Source: a phage
Sequence record: PZ154897.1
Direction: 5' to 3' (one strand)
Length of the DNA: 64,000 nt
The position numbers and the translations under genes are program-made. Position 1 is the first letter of the stretch. Each line of letters starts with the position of its first letter. Below the pieces are notes generated by a model. That model was not told where the DNA came from. It made no database searches and worked only from the letters and a program-made list of their open reading frames with translations. Of the stretch, positions 28,376 through 37,501 are shown one piece after another.

Positions 28376-28903
28376 TTATGCGAGTACCGTCTTTAACCGT
28401 TCTTCAAACTTCCGAAGAGTATTTTGGCGTTCAGCTCTTTGCTTTTTGTAAGTTTCAATACGCTCTGAAATGAGAGTGTATCGTTCATTTACTGATTCTT
28501 TCATAAAATCAGGAATTTCACGAGAAGCTTTAATCTCATCAAATTTATCAATAACAGCTTGCTCTTCAGCAATTAAGTTATCATACATTAAAATATCTTT
28601 CTTGATGAACTCAATATCTTCTTGAGTTACACGAGATAATTTAGATGCTTTATCCTTTTTGTACTGTTCGTTAGTATCACGAGACCAGTGTAATGTACGA
28701 TTTTTATTCGTATTCTTGTAAATTTCTACAATACCAATCTCATCAATAATAACGATCCAATTCCAACGGGATTTGTAAATTTGTCCTCCATCAACAGTGA
28801 TTTCACCTCCGATTGAGATGTCGTTAAAGAACTTACTCTGTACTTCAGATTTAAATTTACCATCGTTGTAATTTACTAAGTTGAAAATATCTTTAGCGTT
28901 CAT
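28376..28903 (-). CDS. hypothetical protein with C-terminal coiled coil
   Basis: 175-aa ORF preceded by early-promoter cassette. Confidence 0.5.
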   Translation of the reverse strand: MNAKDIFNLVNYNDGKFKSEVQSKFFNDISIGGEITVDGGQIYKSRWNWIVIIDEIGIVEIYKNTNKNRTLHWSRDTNEQYKKDKASKLSRVTQEDIEFIKKDILMYDNLIAEEQAVIDKFDEIKASREIPDFMKESVNERYTLISERIETYKKQRAERQNTLRKFEERLKTVLA

Positions 28904-28929
28904 TTTCTGTTCCTCCGTAGTTGATAGTT

Positions 28930-28961
28930 GTATAGTACCACAGAGGAACAGTCTTGTAAAC
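28930..28961 (-). promoter_or_regulatory. early sigma70-type promoter (repeat-cassette member)
   Basis: minus-strand GTTTAC (28956-28961) and TGGTACTATAC (28930-28940). Confidence 0.5.
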
Positions 28962-28963
28962 CA

Positions 28964-29278
28964 CTAAAAGAAACTTCTTTCACAATTTTTTCCACTGAAC
29001 CATGCACTCACTGCTTTCTTAGTCTCAGGAGCAGTGTTATCCATAAACCATTCAAAGGCAGCCTTTTTATGATTCTGGAGGGCTTCTCGGGCTTTAATCT
29101 GCTCACGGTCTATTAACACTAACATATGAGCCTTTCTTGTCACCATGGGCTTCTTATGATTTTTTGAATACTCCCAGTCATTTGTCCATCGCATTGTCGT
29201 TGCGAATTGAAATACAGCTTCTTTAATCTTAGTTTCGTAAATTTCACGAGCCTTTGAGTATAACATCACTACCTCCAT
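28964..29278 (-). CDS. hypothetical protein
   Basis: 104-aa ORF; start may be internal Met. Confidence 0.45.
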   Translation of the reverse strand: MEVVMLYSKAREIYETKIKEAVFQFATTMRWTNDWEYSKNHKKPMVTRKAHMLVLIDREQIKAREALQNHKKAAFEWFMDNTAPETKKAVSAWFSGKNCERSFF

Positions 29279-29367
29279 TCACCAGTTTAATTCTAGTCAT
29301 CTTTTTAATGGCAGTCCATATAATCTATTTCTGAACTGCCTTTTTGTCATAGAAGTCCTCTTATGAA

Positions 29368-30336
29368 TTATTTCAGAAGAGTAACCTCAGCAATTTCTTC
29401 CCAACCGTTTTTGTCGGTCATAATAAAGTCAGCAAGATAAAGAGCAGTACGCAGTGAAACATTGCGTAAACGGTTAACATTAACTTTCATCCATGATAAT
29501 GCTTTATAAGTTTCTTCATCAGAAAGACCGCGCTTTTGCATCATGTCAGTTGAAAGAATAACATCTTCAACCCTGACCATAATTTCTTCATTAGTGTGAA
29601 CACCCAAATCTAAATAAACCGAGCGGGACACTAATGCTTGTAAGTGTGGAGCAAGTTTAGTACCACGGTCTAATTCGCGGTCAATGTCAACGTTTGTGAT
29701 AAAAACAATCGTTCCTTTAAATTCAAACTCACGCTCAATGCCTTTTTCTTCTAAGTAAGAAGATGCAGTGCTCCAGCAGACTTTACGGGTTTCTCCGGTG
29801 TCCAGAGCGGCTTTTAGAAGATTAAGAATGTCCATATCAGAGAAAACATCCACATCATCAATCAAAAGGACAGAATTCTCTTCACGATTATTCCAAAGCT
29901 GCTCATAAAGACCAATACCAGAGATTTTACCATTAATGCTTTTATATTCAATGTATCCAATATCATTTGCTTTATTTAAAGCTTTATCTAAAGAATACGT
30001 TTTACCAATACCTGCTGCGCCAGAGATAATTAATGAACGAATATTTCCATTAATAATACCATTCGTCATCATTCCCATAACATTAAATCTTTTATTAATG
30101 CGGGTTTTCATATCTTCATATGATTCTTTAACTTCTTCAACTTTTACACCATCATATGAAATATCTGATTTGTAAACCCAAACACCGCGACGTTTACCGT
30201 CAATTTCAACAAAAACTTTACCATCTCCTTGTGCATCTACCGGAGCATTATCTGGGAACCATTCGCCTAAGAGCTCAAAAGTTCCAGAGATTTCTTTACC
30301 GAAGTAGATACCCTTATTGATAGTTACAGTTTTCAT
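29368..30336 (-). CDS. P-loop NTPase (AAA-like ATPase) with ~100-aa N-terminal domain
   Basis: 322 aa from MKTVTINKGIYF; Walker A ISGAAGIGKT, Walker B VLLIDDVD, sensor-like ITNVD; ORF-track 5' extension is a translated promoter-repeat copy. Confidence 0.65.
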   Translation of the reverse strand: MKTVTINKGIYFGKEISGTFELLGEWFPDNAPVDAQGDGKVFVEIDGKRRGVWVYKSDISYDGVKVEEVKESYEDMKTRINKRFNVMGMMTNGIINGNIRSLIISGAAGIGKTYSLDKALNKANDIGYIEYKSINGKISGIGLYEQLWNNREENSVLLIDDVDVFSDMDILNLLKAALDTGETRKVCWSTASSYLEEKGIEREFEFKGTIVFITNVDIDRELDRGTKLAPHLQALVSRSVYLDLGVHTNEEIMVRVEDVILSTDMMQKRGLSDEETYKALSWMKVNVNRLRNVSLRTALYLADFIMTDKNGWEEIAEVTLLK

Positions 30337-30398
30337 TTTATTCTCCAAATCCGTATCAGTTGATAGTTGTATAGTACCATAAGCCCGAAGGCTCCCTA

Positions 30399-31412
30399 TC
30401 ATTTATAATAACTTCGATGGTTTTCAAGATAGACCTTCTCAAGGAAGTCATCCCAGAAACTCATGTCTACTGTTTTAGGCATACCGTTCTTAGAAGCTTC
30501 AGTAGATGCTGCTTCTACTTGATCGACCACATCTTCCAAAAACTCTTGAACGGTTTTAAATGGATGTTTACCCAACTTCACGTCGAGAATAAATGGAGCG
30601 TCTTGAAGTGGATAAACCAAGTCACCAGTTTTGTAAATTTCCAATAGTTGAAGTCCACCACGACAAGCATGGCTCAGAGCTTTCCAGTCGATGCCTTCAT
30701 TGGCTTCGGCCTTACGAGCGCGTTCACCATATTCAGCATTTAATTTGTTCAGTGACTGCTTAAGCTCAATAAGAGAAAGCGTTGTCTGATATTTACGACC
30801 CAATACAGTATAGAACGTTTGTGGGCCTGTTTTCTCATGATCATGGAACACCCATTCACAGAATTCGTTTTTTGGAAGACGATGCTTAATATCTTCAACT
30901 TTAGTACGACGCTGCTTAATGGAACCGTCTTCTTGGTAATCAACCCATTGCTCAGGGATTTGATTAACTACTTTCAATACATCACGTAATGCAGCCAAAC
31001 GAGAACCCTTGACACCGTATTTAGAAGCTTGCTTACGGACATATCCTAAATAGGATTTCATGTTAGTCGTATAAAAACGAGAACGGTTGTCTTGAATAAA
31101 CTTCCACACATCAGGCAAATCAGATTTAACCACTAGTTCAGGTGGAGTGTGAAGCATATCCAATGCTACAGTTTCACCATCTGCTGCTAATTTAAAGAAA
31201 TACTTAAGACTATACAATTCGTGGTCAATATCATCTTTAGTGTTTTTAGATGATGTGTTGTTGGTGTTTTTACTCATGTGCTCTTTGACGTTTCCGATAA
31301 GAATATCACGAGCAGGAGGAACAAAAATTTCTTTAAAATCTACATCAGATTCTGGAGTAGAAGTTCCATAAAGATGACTACCAAAATAGCTTTTCATTAC
31401 TGTTTTCATCAT
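30399..31412 (-). CDS. nucleotidyltransferase-fold protein (Pol-beta/CD-NTase-like N-terminus + helical C-domain)
   Basis: 337 aa; GSHLYGTSTPESDVDF fits hG[GS]-x(9-13)-[DE]h[DE]h; third acidic residue in TVALDMLH. Confidence 0.6.
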   Translation of the reverse strand: MMKTVMKSYFGSHLYGTSTPESDVDFKEIFVPPARDILIGNVKEHMSKNTNNTSSKNTKDDIDHELYSLKYFFKLAADGETVALDMLHTPPELVVKSDLPDVWKFIQDNRSRFYTTNMKSYLGYVRKQASKYGVKGSRLAALRDVLKVVNQIPEQWVDYQEDGSIKQRRTKVEDIKHRLPKNEFCEWVFHDHEKTGPQTFYTVLGRKYQTTLSLIELKQSLNKLNAEYGERARKAEANEGIDWKALSHACRGGLQLLEIYKTGDLVYPLQDAPFILDVKLGKHPFKTVQEFLEDVVDQVEAASTEASKNGMPKTVDMSFWDDFLEKVYLENHRSYYK

Positions 31413-31870
31413 TCAGCCTTATATTCAATAACAGGACATACTTTAGCTTTACGCGCTTTTAAAAATTCGACGATAATAGATTTCTTGGGTTGAATAGGTG
31501 GTAAACCTTTATACGCCCTATCAATATTTTCTACATGTAAAGCATAATCCTTTTTCCATTTATAATCTTTATATTTTTCATGCAGCTGTGCAGGAATAAC
31601 AAATGAACCAATAATAAGTAAAACAAGCAAAATGGCAAGTACAAATGCTGATGGAATAAGAGTCCATAAACTACCAAAAATAAGCCATTTCTGTATGATT
31701 TCTGCGCAGATGATAGTTAGACCTGCGAGTATAGTACATCCGAAAAAAGAAACGAAAAATGTAGGGATAACAATAGACCAAAAGTATGCACACAGTGTCT
31801 TAGGTCGTTTCCATTCATCATTAAACATTTTGAATAATTTATAGTGCCAAGAGCTTTCATTAATAATCAT
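31409..31870 (-). CDS. polytopic membrane protein (about 4 TM helices)
   Basis: 153 aa; four hydrophobic segments; 4-bp overlap with NTase start. Confidence 0.5.
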   Translation of the reverse strand: MIINESSWHYKLFKMFNDEWKRPKTLCAYFWSIVIPTFFVSFFGCTILAGLTIICAEIIQKWLIFGSLWTLIPSAFVLAILLVLLIIGSFVIPAQLHEKYKDYKWKKDYALHVENIDRAYKGLPPIQPKKSIIVEFLKARKAKVCPVIEYKAE

Positions 31871-31872
31871 AA

Positions 31873-32394
31873 TTATCCTTTCATTGAAGGTGTAACAGTT
31901 GTTAAATACTTAATCATAGCTTCAGCTTCTGATTTTGATAATGAAATTTCTCCATTGTTTTGACGAATAGAAATAAAATCCGGATGACGGTCACCACCAG
32001 CTTTCAAAACACACATATAAGTATCAGTTTCATCTTCAATATTTGAAATGATTGAAGCAGTTCCACATGAATGCGGTTTTTGATAAATCAATACGGCTTT
32101 TCTTCCACTGTTTGACTGTTCATAAACTTTTAACACATCAAACAAATCACTTCTTTTATCAATAGCTAAGATGTTGTTTTCATCTTCAATGTTAAATCCT
32201 TCGGATACTTCATAAAGTGTCACCCATAAATCACCTATATCGATAGTAGCATTTTCCTTTCCATGACTTTCAAGAGCATGACAAATTTTCTTGATTTCGT
32301 CATAACTCATTTTAATAATATCATCTCCTTGAATAAGGAAGATGTCATTTTTAAATTCAACACGAATTAAACCGCTTTCACTTGAAATAAACAT
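31873..32394 (-). CDS. hypothetical protein, tandem paralog 1
   Basis: 173 aa; shares EGFNIEDENNILAI / ...SKSEAEAMIKYLTTVTPSMKG with neighbour. Confidence 0.5.
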   Translation of the reverse strand: MFISSESGLIRVEFKNDIFLIQGDDIIKMSYDEIKKICHALESHGKENATIDIGDLWVTLYEVSEGFNIEDENNILAIDKRSDLFDVLKVYEQSNSGRKAVLIYQKPHSCGTASIISNIEDETDTYMCVLKAGGDRHPDFISIRQNNGEISLSKSEAEAMIKYLTTVTPSMKG

Positions 32395-32400
32395 ATTTCC

Positions 32401-32964
32401 TCACTTTGAAATCATAGTTGGAATGACAGAATCAAGATAAGTCTTTAGCGCAATAGCTTCGTCTTTGGTAAATGTGACAATATGTGATCGAAAATCGTCA
32501 ATTTGACGAATAGATACTACATCTCCTTCTTCATAGCATTTTGATACATTTAAAACAGTTTCATCATTCTGATCGCACTGATCGCAAGCGTTAGTAATAA
32601 TAGCATTGCAATTTTTAAGCCATTTTAAACTATGTTTTCTTTCATTAGAATAATAAAAATATTTAATGTAAGTTATAAAATTATCCCAATTATTAATTGA
32701 TAAGCATATTGACTCGCTTTCAATGTTAAATCCTGGGCATAAAGAATAGAAATGAATTTTATGCTCATCATTAATGCTTACAATTTTATCAGTATAAGGA
32801 TATTCAATTTGGGTTAAATGAATAATTTCGCTAGGCGTAAAATATAGCATATCATCTTCTTGCGTCAAACGATACATATTATTTACTTTTTCTATAGCCA
32901 ATTCACCAAAAAGTGAACTAACTTCTAATACTAATCGTTTCATATTAATCCTTTTTATTGGCAC
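32401..32964 (-). CDS. hypothetical protein, tandem paralog 2
   Basis: 187 aa; PGFNIESESICLSI / ...TKDEAIALKTYLDSVIPTMISK. Confidence 0.5.
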   Translation of the reverse strand: MPIKRINMKRLVLEVSSLFGELAIEKVNNMYRLTQEDDMLYFTPSEIIHLTQIEYPYTDKIVSINDEHKIHFYSLCPGFNIESESICLSINNWDNFITYIKYFYYSNERKHSLKWLKNCNAIITNACDQCDQNDETVLNVSKCYEEGDVVSIRQIDDFRSHIVTFTKDEAIALKTYLDSVIPTMISK

Positions 32965-33223
32965 GAATTTGTTCTAAAATTTTAGAATATTCCTTTGTAT
33001 CAGATTTACGTACAATTGATACACTATAAGGCATACTATCGGTGTCTTTTATAAAGCGTTCCAAATGACACTCTAACAAAATTTCTGGATTATAAATCGT
33101 GTACATCAAATTACCTGTTGCTCCACGATATTGGCAGATTTCTACTGATTGAACACCATTCCATAATTTTGTTAAAACTAAATCACCTACTTCTAATTTA
33201 GGAAAGCCCATGTTATTCACCAA
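32945..33223 (-). CDS. hypothetical protein
   Basis: 92-aa ORF. Confidence 0.45.
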   Translation of the reverse strand: MVNNMGFPKLEVGDLVLTKLWNGVQSVEICQYRGATGNLMYTIYNPEILLECHLERFIKDTDSMPYSVSIVRKSDTKEYSKILEQIRANKKD

Positions 33224-33398
33224 TTAAAGTTTCAATATAAGAATCAAGATTTACTTTAGCTTCTTCCATAAGAGTTTTGTATTTAATCTTGTTAGCATGT
33301 CCGGAGAAAGCTGATTCATCAATAATTGTTGATGTATGAACAGCTTTACTATACGTCTCAATTAATTCTCTTAATTTAAAAGCCTGCTCACTTGTCAT
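33213..33398 (-). CDS. hypothetical small protein
   Basis: 61-aa ORF downstream of promoter cassette. Confidence 0.4.
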   Translation of the reverse strand: MTSEQAFKLRELIETYSKAVHTSTIIDESAFSGHANKIKYKTLMEEAKVNLDSYIETLIGE

Positions 33399-33530
33399 TA
33401 CATACTCCTTTGAATAATATCAATAATGTTGTTCACTAGATTATAAGTAAACATTGGGTAATTATATTGAATCATCACATACACAACAAACAAAATTTTC
33501 ATTCTCTTCTCCTTGGCAGTTGACAAGATT

Positions 33531-33560
33531 ACTATACCATAACCTTGCCAACTTGTAAAC
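33531..33560 (-). promoter_or_regulatory. early sigma70-type promoter
   Basis: minus-strand GTTTAC (33555-33560) and TGGTATAGT (33531-33539). Confidence 0.45.
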
Positions 33561-33725
33561 CATTAAATGACGTTTTCAATAAAATTCTGAAGCTTTGTGT
33601 GAGCATCAACCATAATTTTCATTTCTTCCTTTGCGAAAGCTGTACCTCTTTCACGAGAAGAATACTCATAGTCAGAAACTGCATTAGCGTATTCTTCAAT
33701 TAGCTTCATTAAAAACATCTGCTTT

Positions 33726-33920
33726 TCAGTTTTCATTATTCCACCTAATCATTTCAAGATATTGAACTAACTTAGCTTTGGATTTATCCAAATCCTTTTT
33801 TGCTGCTTCTATACCATCGTACGAATATCCTTCGCAATGCTCAACTGCTAATTGATATGAATCTATTTCAACATCACGTGCTAATTTAATGATTTTTTCA
33901 AACTGTTCGCGTGTTAGCAT
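33726..33920 (-). CDS. hypothetical small protein
   Basis: 64-aa ORF. Confidence 0.4.
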   Translation of the reverse strand: MLTREQFEKIIKLARDVEIDSYQLAVEHCEGYSYDGIEAAKKDLDKSKAKLVQYLEMIRWNNEN

Positions 33921-33922
33921 AC

Positions 33923-34126
33923 TTACACTCTCGTATTATGATCGATAATTTCATCAAGAAACATATCTAACGCTTCTACAGCATTATCAACTTTAGTTTC
34001 AAAGTCTTTAATGCCTTTATTCGAAATACCCGATGAATACCAAGCAAAGTCAATCAGCTCTTCATCTGCTTTACGAATTAAAGCTACCAATTCCTTGATT
34101 TTATCTGCTTGTTCGATACTAATCAT
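33923..34126 (-). CDS. hypothetical small protein
   Basis: ORF trimmed to internal Met ([13 protein letters not shown]...). Confidence 0.4.
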   Translation of the reverse strand: MISIEQADKIKELVALIRKADEELIDFAWYSSGISNKGIKDFETKVDNAVEALDMFLDEIIDHNTRV

Positions 34127-34359
34127 TATTCCACCACATATGAAAGAGAGAATATTGCACACGCCATGTGAGTTGCAACTTCATCACACATATCATAACG
34201 TTTCTTAAGAAGTTCTACAAGTTCTTCACTAGTAACTTCATCCATGCCGACGAAAAAATCACCATTAATGATGACGTAGATATTTCCTTCTTGATTGAGT
34301 GCTTCAATTTTCATGATGTTCTCCTCTTTATCCGATGGTTGTATAGTATCACAGCTCAA
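34126..34359 (-). CDS. hypothetical small acidic protein
   Basis: 77-aa ORF; start uncertain. Confidence 0.4.
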   Translation of the reverse strand: MSCDTIQPSDKEENIMKIEALNQEGNIYVIINGDFFVGMDEVTSEELVELLKKRYDMCDEVATHMACAIFSLSYVVE

Positions 34360-34372
34360 ATGGAAAGTAAAC
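34340..34372 (-). promoter_or_regulatory. early sigma70-type promoter
   Basis: minus-strand GTTTAC (34367-34372) and TGATACTATAC (34340-34350). Confidence 0.45.
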
Positions 34373-34387
34373 CGGTAAAATGAAAAA

Positions 34388-34405
34388 AGTCTCCCGAAGG
34401 AGACT
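34388..34405 (-). terminator. AGUCUCC-UUCG-GGAGACU hairpin followed by U-run
   Basis: 7-bp palindrome with cgaa loop; minus-strand UUUUUCAUUUU follows; downstream of rI.-1. Confidence 0.55.
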
Positions 34406-34409
34406 AATG

Positions 34410-34796
34410 TTATTCGAGGGAAAGAAGATACTTACTCTGGTAAAACATTCCAGTAATATCATCTATCGTGCTTTGAATGGCTGGAGGCATTTCTTTATAA
34501 ATGCTGTTAGATTGGTCTAGTATACGATCAATCATTTTAATTGTGTCGGTAGGAAGTTTACTAGCATCTGGAATTGAAGGTGTGTATTTTCTACCAGAAT
34601 ACCCCAAATATTGCTCACCAAATTTATCAATCAAATCTGGCAACTCGGAGAAAATAAAATCGTATGCTTTGTGTCTAGCATAACTTTTAGTTTCAAAATG
34701 TGCAGAATGAAAATAAGCTTGTGCAGCCATTAATAAACCTAAGTATTCATCTGCCTTTGAAGGTTTTCCACTTTGTGAAAAGTCGCTGAATTTCAT
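34410..34796 (-). CDS. rI.-1: hypothetical protein (rI.-1 position)
   Basis: 128-aa ORF immediately downstream of rI; symbol by synteny only. Confidence 0.45.
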   Translation of the reverse strand: MKFSDFSQSGKPSKADEYLGLLMAAQAYFHSAHFETKSYARHKAYDFIFSELPDLIDKFGEQYLGYSGRKYTPSIPDASKLPTDTIKMIDRILDQSNSIYKEMPPAIQSTIDDITGMFYQSKYLLSLE

Positions 34797-35086
34797 TCAG
34801 TCTCCAATTTAATGTTCATAATTCTAGCGTATGATTGTGCCATCTCCGCGCCTCGTTCTATACATTCAAAATCAGAAGAGCACGGGTCATTTTTATAGGT
34901 CGTTCTCATAAAACTATAGAATTGTTCAGACGATTCTACGCTTTTATTTTCAAAAAGCATATAAACGTGCCTAATACCAGATTCCATAAATTTATCAAAA
35001 TGAGGATCGACATTCGCTTCAATCGGTGGAGATAAAACAAATGACAATCCTAGCATGGCAAATAGTGCCGTTGCTTTTAAGGCCAT
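34793..35086 (-). CDS. rI: lysis-inhibition regulator rI (secreted/membrane-anchored)
   Basis: 97 aa MALKATALFAMLGLSFVLSPPIEANVDPHFDKFMESGIRHVYMLF...; matches T4 rI from memory. Confidence 0.85.
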   Translation of the reverse strand: MALKATALFAMLGLSFVLSPPIEANVDPHFDKFMESGIRHVYMLFENKSVESSEQFYSFMRTTYKNDPCSSDFECIERGAEMAQSYARIMNIKLETE

Positions 35087-35098
35087 AAAGGCCTCCTA

Positions 35099-35311
35099 TC
35101 ATTTTTGTCCTGTATTTACTTTATGCCGATGCACGGCCTTAACTTTATCAAGGTATTTTTCAAAATTTCGCAATCTAGTATAGTCTGCCGGAGATTGGTT
35201 GAGTGATACTTCTCGACGCAAAGCTGAAATGATATTTCCAACTTCCCTACGAATTTCATCTAATTGAAGAACAGTAAGATTGCGAAGTTGCTTTTCAGTT
35301 AATTGTAGCAT
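35099..35311 (-). CDS. rI.1: hypothetical protein (rI.1 position)
   Basis: 70-aa ORF upstream of rI; symbol by synteny. Confidence 0.45.
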
Positions 35312-35336
35312 ATATACCCCTTTAGTTAGATAAACC

Positions 35337-35344
35337 TATTTATA
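35337..35344 (-). promoter_or_regulatory. possible late promoter (TATAAATA on minus strand)
   Basis: tatttata on plus strand 26 nt upstream of the 35311 start codon. Confidence 0.3.
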
Positions 35345-35353
35345 ACTTTTGCA

Positions 35354-35935
35354 CTAACCGAGCTTTTTAGTTAATTCATTCCAATGTTTTCTACACAAAG
35401 AAACATAAATTTCATCACCAATACAGATTTGATTACCTTCTTTAACTGGTGTTCCATCTTCCATTAATCGAGCTGTCATAATAGCTTTTTTACCACAATG
35501 ACAAACTGCTTTTAGTTCAATAAGTTTATCTGCAATCGCCAAAAGTTCTTTAGAACCTTCAAATAATTTTCCAGCGAAATCAGTCCTTAGTCCATAAGCC
35601 ATAACAGGAACATTATATGTATCAACAATTCGGCTTAATTGATGCACCTGTTCAGTTTTTAAAAACTGGGCTTCATCTACAAATACACAATGAATATCTT
35701 TTTGTGCTTCAGCCCATTTATAGAACTCAAAAATATCCATATCATCCGTAATAATATTCGCTTCCTGCTTAATTCCAATGCGAGAAACGACTTCACAGAC
35801 AGAATCACGAGTATCAATAGCAGGCTTAAGAACTAATACACCCATTCCGCGTTCTTTATAATTATGCGCAGCAGTCAAAAGAGAAGCAGATTTTCCAGCA
35901 TTCATTGCTGCATAAGTAAAAATTAAACTCGCCAT
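35354..35935 (-). CDS. tk: thymidine kinase
   Basis: 193 aa; P-loop MNAGKSASLL; C-terminal zinc motif CHCGKKA...CRKHW. Confidence 0.9.
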   Translation of the reverse strand: MASLIFTYAAMNAGKSASLLTAAHNYKERGMGVLVLKPAIDTRDSVCEVVSRIGIKQEANIITDDMDIFEFYKWAEAQKDIHCVFVDEAQFLKTEQVHQLSRIVDTYNVPVMAYGLRTDFAGKLFEGSKELLAIADKLIELKAVCHCGKKAIMTARLMEDGTPVKEGNQICIGDEIYVSLCRKHWNELTKKLG

Positions 35936-35944
35936 ATCACCTTC

Positions 35945-36130
35945 TTAAAGCGTATTCACATAAGCTATTAATTCGTTTTCTTTCTTATCAAACCGATCAG
36001 CAAATTCTTCCTGTTGTTCGGGAGATAGCGGGCCGTATTCATCATAAAAGGCGTTTGCTTCTGTATGCTCATCTAGAAGTTCATGGATAAGCTCAAACAA
36101 TTTATCTTTTTGTTCTTTACTCAGACTCAT
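35945..36130 (-). CDS. hypothetical small acidic protein (tk.1 position)
   Basis: 61-aa ORF. Confidence 0.45.
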   Translation of the reverse strand: MSLSKEQKDKLFELIHELLDEHTEANAFYDEYGPLSPEQQEEFADRFDKKENELIAYVNTL

Positions 36131-36300
36131 ATATTAATTTCCAGAAGTTTTAAAATAATTCGCTTTTGCTTAAATATTTCCATAGTTAAATGATCAGTAT
36201 CTTTTTGACCAATTCCGATGGCAAAACCTTTATTAACAGCGAGTTCAATTAAATTATCGAGTTCACGTAACACTTCATATTGTAACTCAGAACTATTCAT
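36127..36300 (-). CDS. hypothetical small protein (57 aa), not in ORF track
   Basis: manual translation MNSSELQYEVLRELDNLIELAVNKGFAIGIGQKDTDHLTMEIFKQKRIILKLLEINI; ATGA overlaps at both ends suggest translational coupling. Confidence 0.4.
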   Translation of the reverse strand: MNSSELQYEVLRELDNLIELAVNKGFAIGIGQKDTDHLTMEIFKQKRIILKLLEINI

Positions 36301-36524
36301 TTTGGTTTACCTTCTTTAACAAAATCGGGATAAGGATAAAATCCTGAATAAAATCCTTCACCTTTATGATTAATGCATCCTTTATTAGAGCAATAGCACC
36401 AATAATCGAAATCACAAGCCATTTCATCATTGCATAAAGCAAAAACAACTGGCCATTTACACTTTTCACAATGTGCATTTTTAAGAATGCTAGTTTGGCT
36501 CATAACCATGTAACCTTTAAGCAA
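36297..36524 (-). CDS. small Cys-rich protein (probable Zn-binding)
   Basis: 75 aa with CEKCKW...CNDEMACDFDYWCYCSNKGC. Confidence 0.45.
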   Translation of the reverse strand: MLKGYMVMSQTSILKNAHCEKCKWPVVFALCNDEMACDFDYWCYCSNKGCINHKGEGFYSGFYPYPDFVKEGKPK

Positions 36525-36712
36525 TATTCTTCTACATGCTGTTTACGACCTTTCTTATCAATAAAGGTATATTCAACGAATGTTCCAATATAGTCTTTAT
36601 CTACATCATGAGGACTATTAATTGGGCATTTAGTACGGCAAATGCGTTCCCATTGACGAATAATTTCTGCTTTGTTTTTAGGATCAAACGGATGCGGGTA
36701 ATGTACTTTCAT
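36500..36712 (-). CDS. hypothetical small protein
   Basis: 70-aa ORF. Confidence 0.4.
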   Translation of the reverse strand: MKVHYPHPFDPKNKAEIIRQWERICRTKCPINSPHDVDKDYIGTFVEYTFIDKKGRKQHVEEYCLKVTWL

Positions 36713-37163
36713 AATCCACCACTATTAAATCAATATCAGGAGTAAACATGTCGATTAATTTAGAAACCTTATCCCAATCACCGCCAGCAATACCACAACC
36801 TATGCGTGGAATGTAAATTACTGGTTTAAACAAAAGGGTCTCTGCCTGTAGATTTAATTCTATCATGCAGTTTACTAAAGCACCATAATCAAGATTAGGA
36901 CCCGGTTCGTATTGCGTATACAGGTTATAGCATATACCAAATCCCGTAGGACTATGTTTAAAAACAATAGACATATCGCCTAATTTATCACGAGAACCGT
37001 ACTCGGTAGTGGTTTTATCTATTTCTAAAATTTTGGGATAGGCCCTCGCTAATTGACCCGCTACACCTGAACCCATAGTATGAAAGCAGTTGCACCCGTG
37101 CGCAATAATATTACCTTGAAGAAATAGGGCGACAATATCGCCCTTGATATATTTTACAATCAT
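36684..37163 (-). CDS. macrodomain protein (ADP-ribose binding/processing fold)
   Basis: 159 aa; GNIIAHGCNCFHTMGSGVAGQLA and IGCGIAGGDW resemble the two glycine-rich loops of macrodomains. Confidence 0.55.
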   Translation of the reverse strand: MIVKYIKGDIVALFLQGNIIAHGCNCFHTMGSGVAGQLARAYPKILEIDKTTTEYGSRDKLGDMSIVFKHSPTGFGICYNLYTQYEPGPNLDYGALVNCMIELNLQAETLLFKPVIYIPRIGCGIAGGDWDKVSKLIDMFTPDIDLIVVDYESTLPASV

Positions 37164-37501
37164 CTAGTACTCAATCCTCGATTATAAGAATCTACCAAAC
37201 GGTCAACCATTGAATGACAAGCGGCTTTATCTTTCTCCTCCGCAACTGAACATTCTAAGGTATTCCACTTTTTAGCATATCGTTTTAATAAAGTATCGTT
37301 CTTGTATCTGCTTGATTTATCTCTTTCTCCGTCTTTATATGCATATATTAATTTCTGCGCAAATTCAGCTTGGCATGCTTTATTTTTCCCGCAATAATCC
37401 GCGGCAGTACGGTTTACATACTCTCTAATTTCAGTATATGATGTATTTGCTAACGCAGAAAATGAAATTAATCCTATACATAAAACCAAAATTTTAGTCA
37501 T
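37160..37501 (-). CDS. small secreted protein (signal peptide); occupies the vs position
   Basis: 113 aa; MTKILVLCIGLISFSALANTS signal-peptide-like; four Cys. Confidence 0.45.
   Translation of the reverse strand: MTKILVLCIGLISFSALANTSYTEIREYVNRTAADYCGKNKACQAEFAQKLIYAYKDGERDKSSRYKNDTLLKRYAKKWNTLECSVAEEKDKAACHSMVDRLVDSYNRGLSTR

Noticed and set aside
30361-30380. Promoter-cassette copy upstream of the ATPase gene
   Set aside because: Only the -10-like half is present (no GTTTAC at the -35 position, which is occupied by a small hairpin); treated as a remnant rather than a functional promoter, and used to trim the ATPase start
36293-36478. 61-aa hydrophobic ORF
   Set aside because: Overlaps the Cys-rich 75-aa ORF in another frame over nearly its whole length; the Cys-rich frame and the manually found 57-aa ORF fit the ATGA-coupled gene array better
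37160-37501. Assigning the 113-aa ORF as Vs (valyl-tRNA synthetase modifier)
   Set aside because: Position and size fit T4 vs, but the product has a clear N-terminal signal-peptide-like segment, which is unexpected for a cytoplasmic synthetase modifier; kept as an unnamed secreted protein
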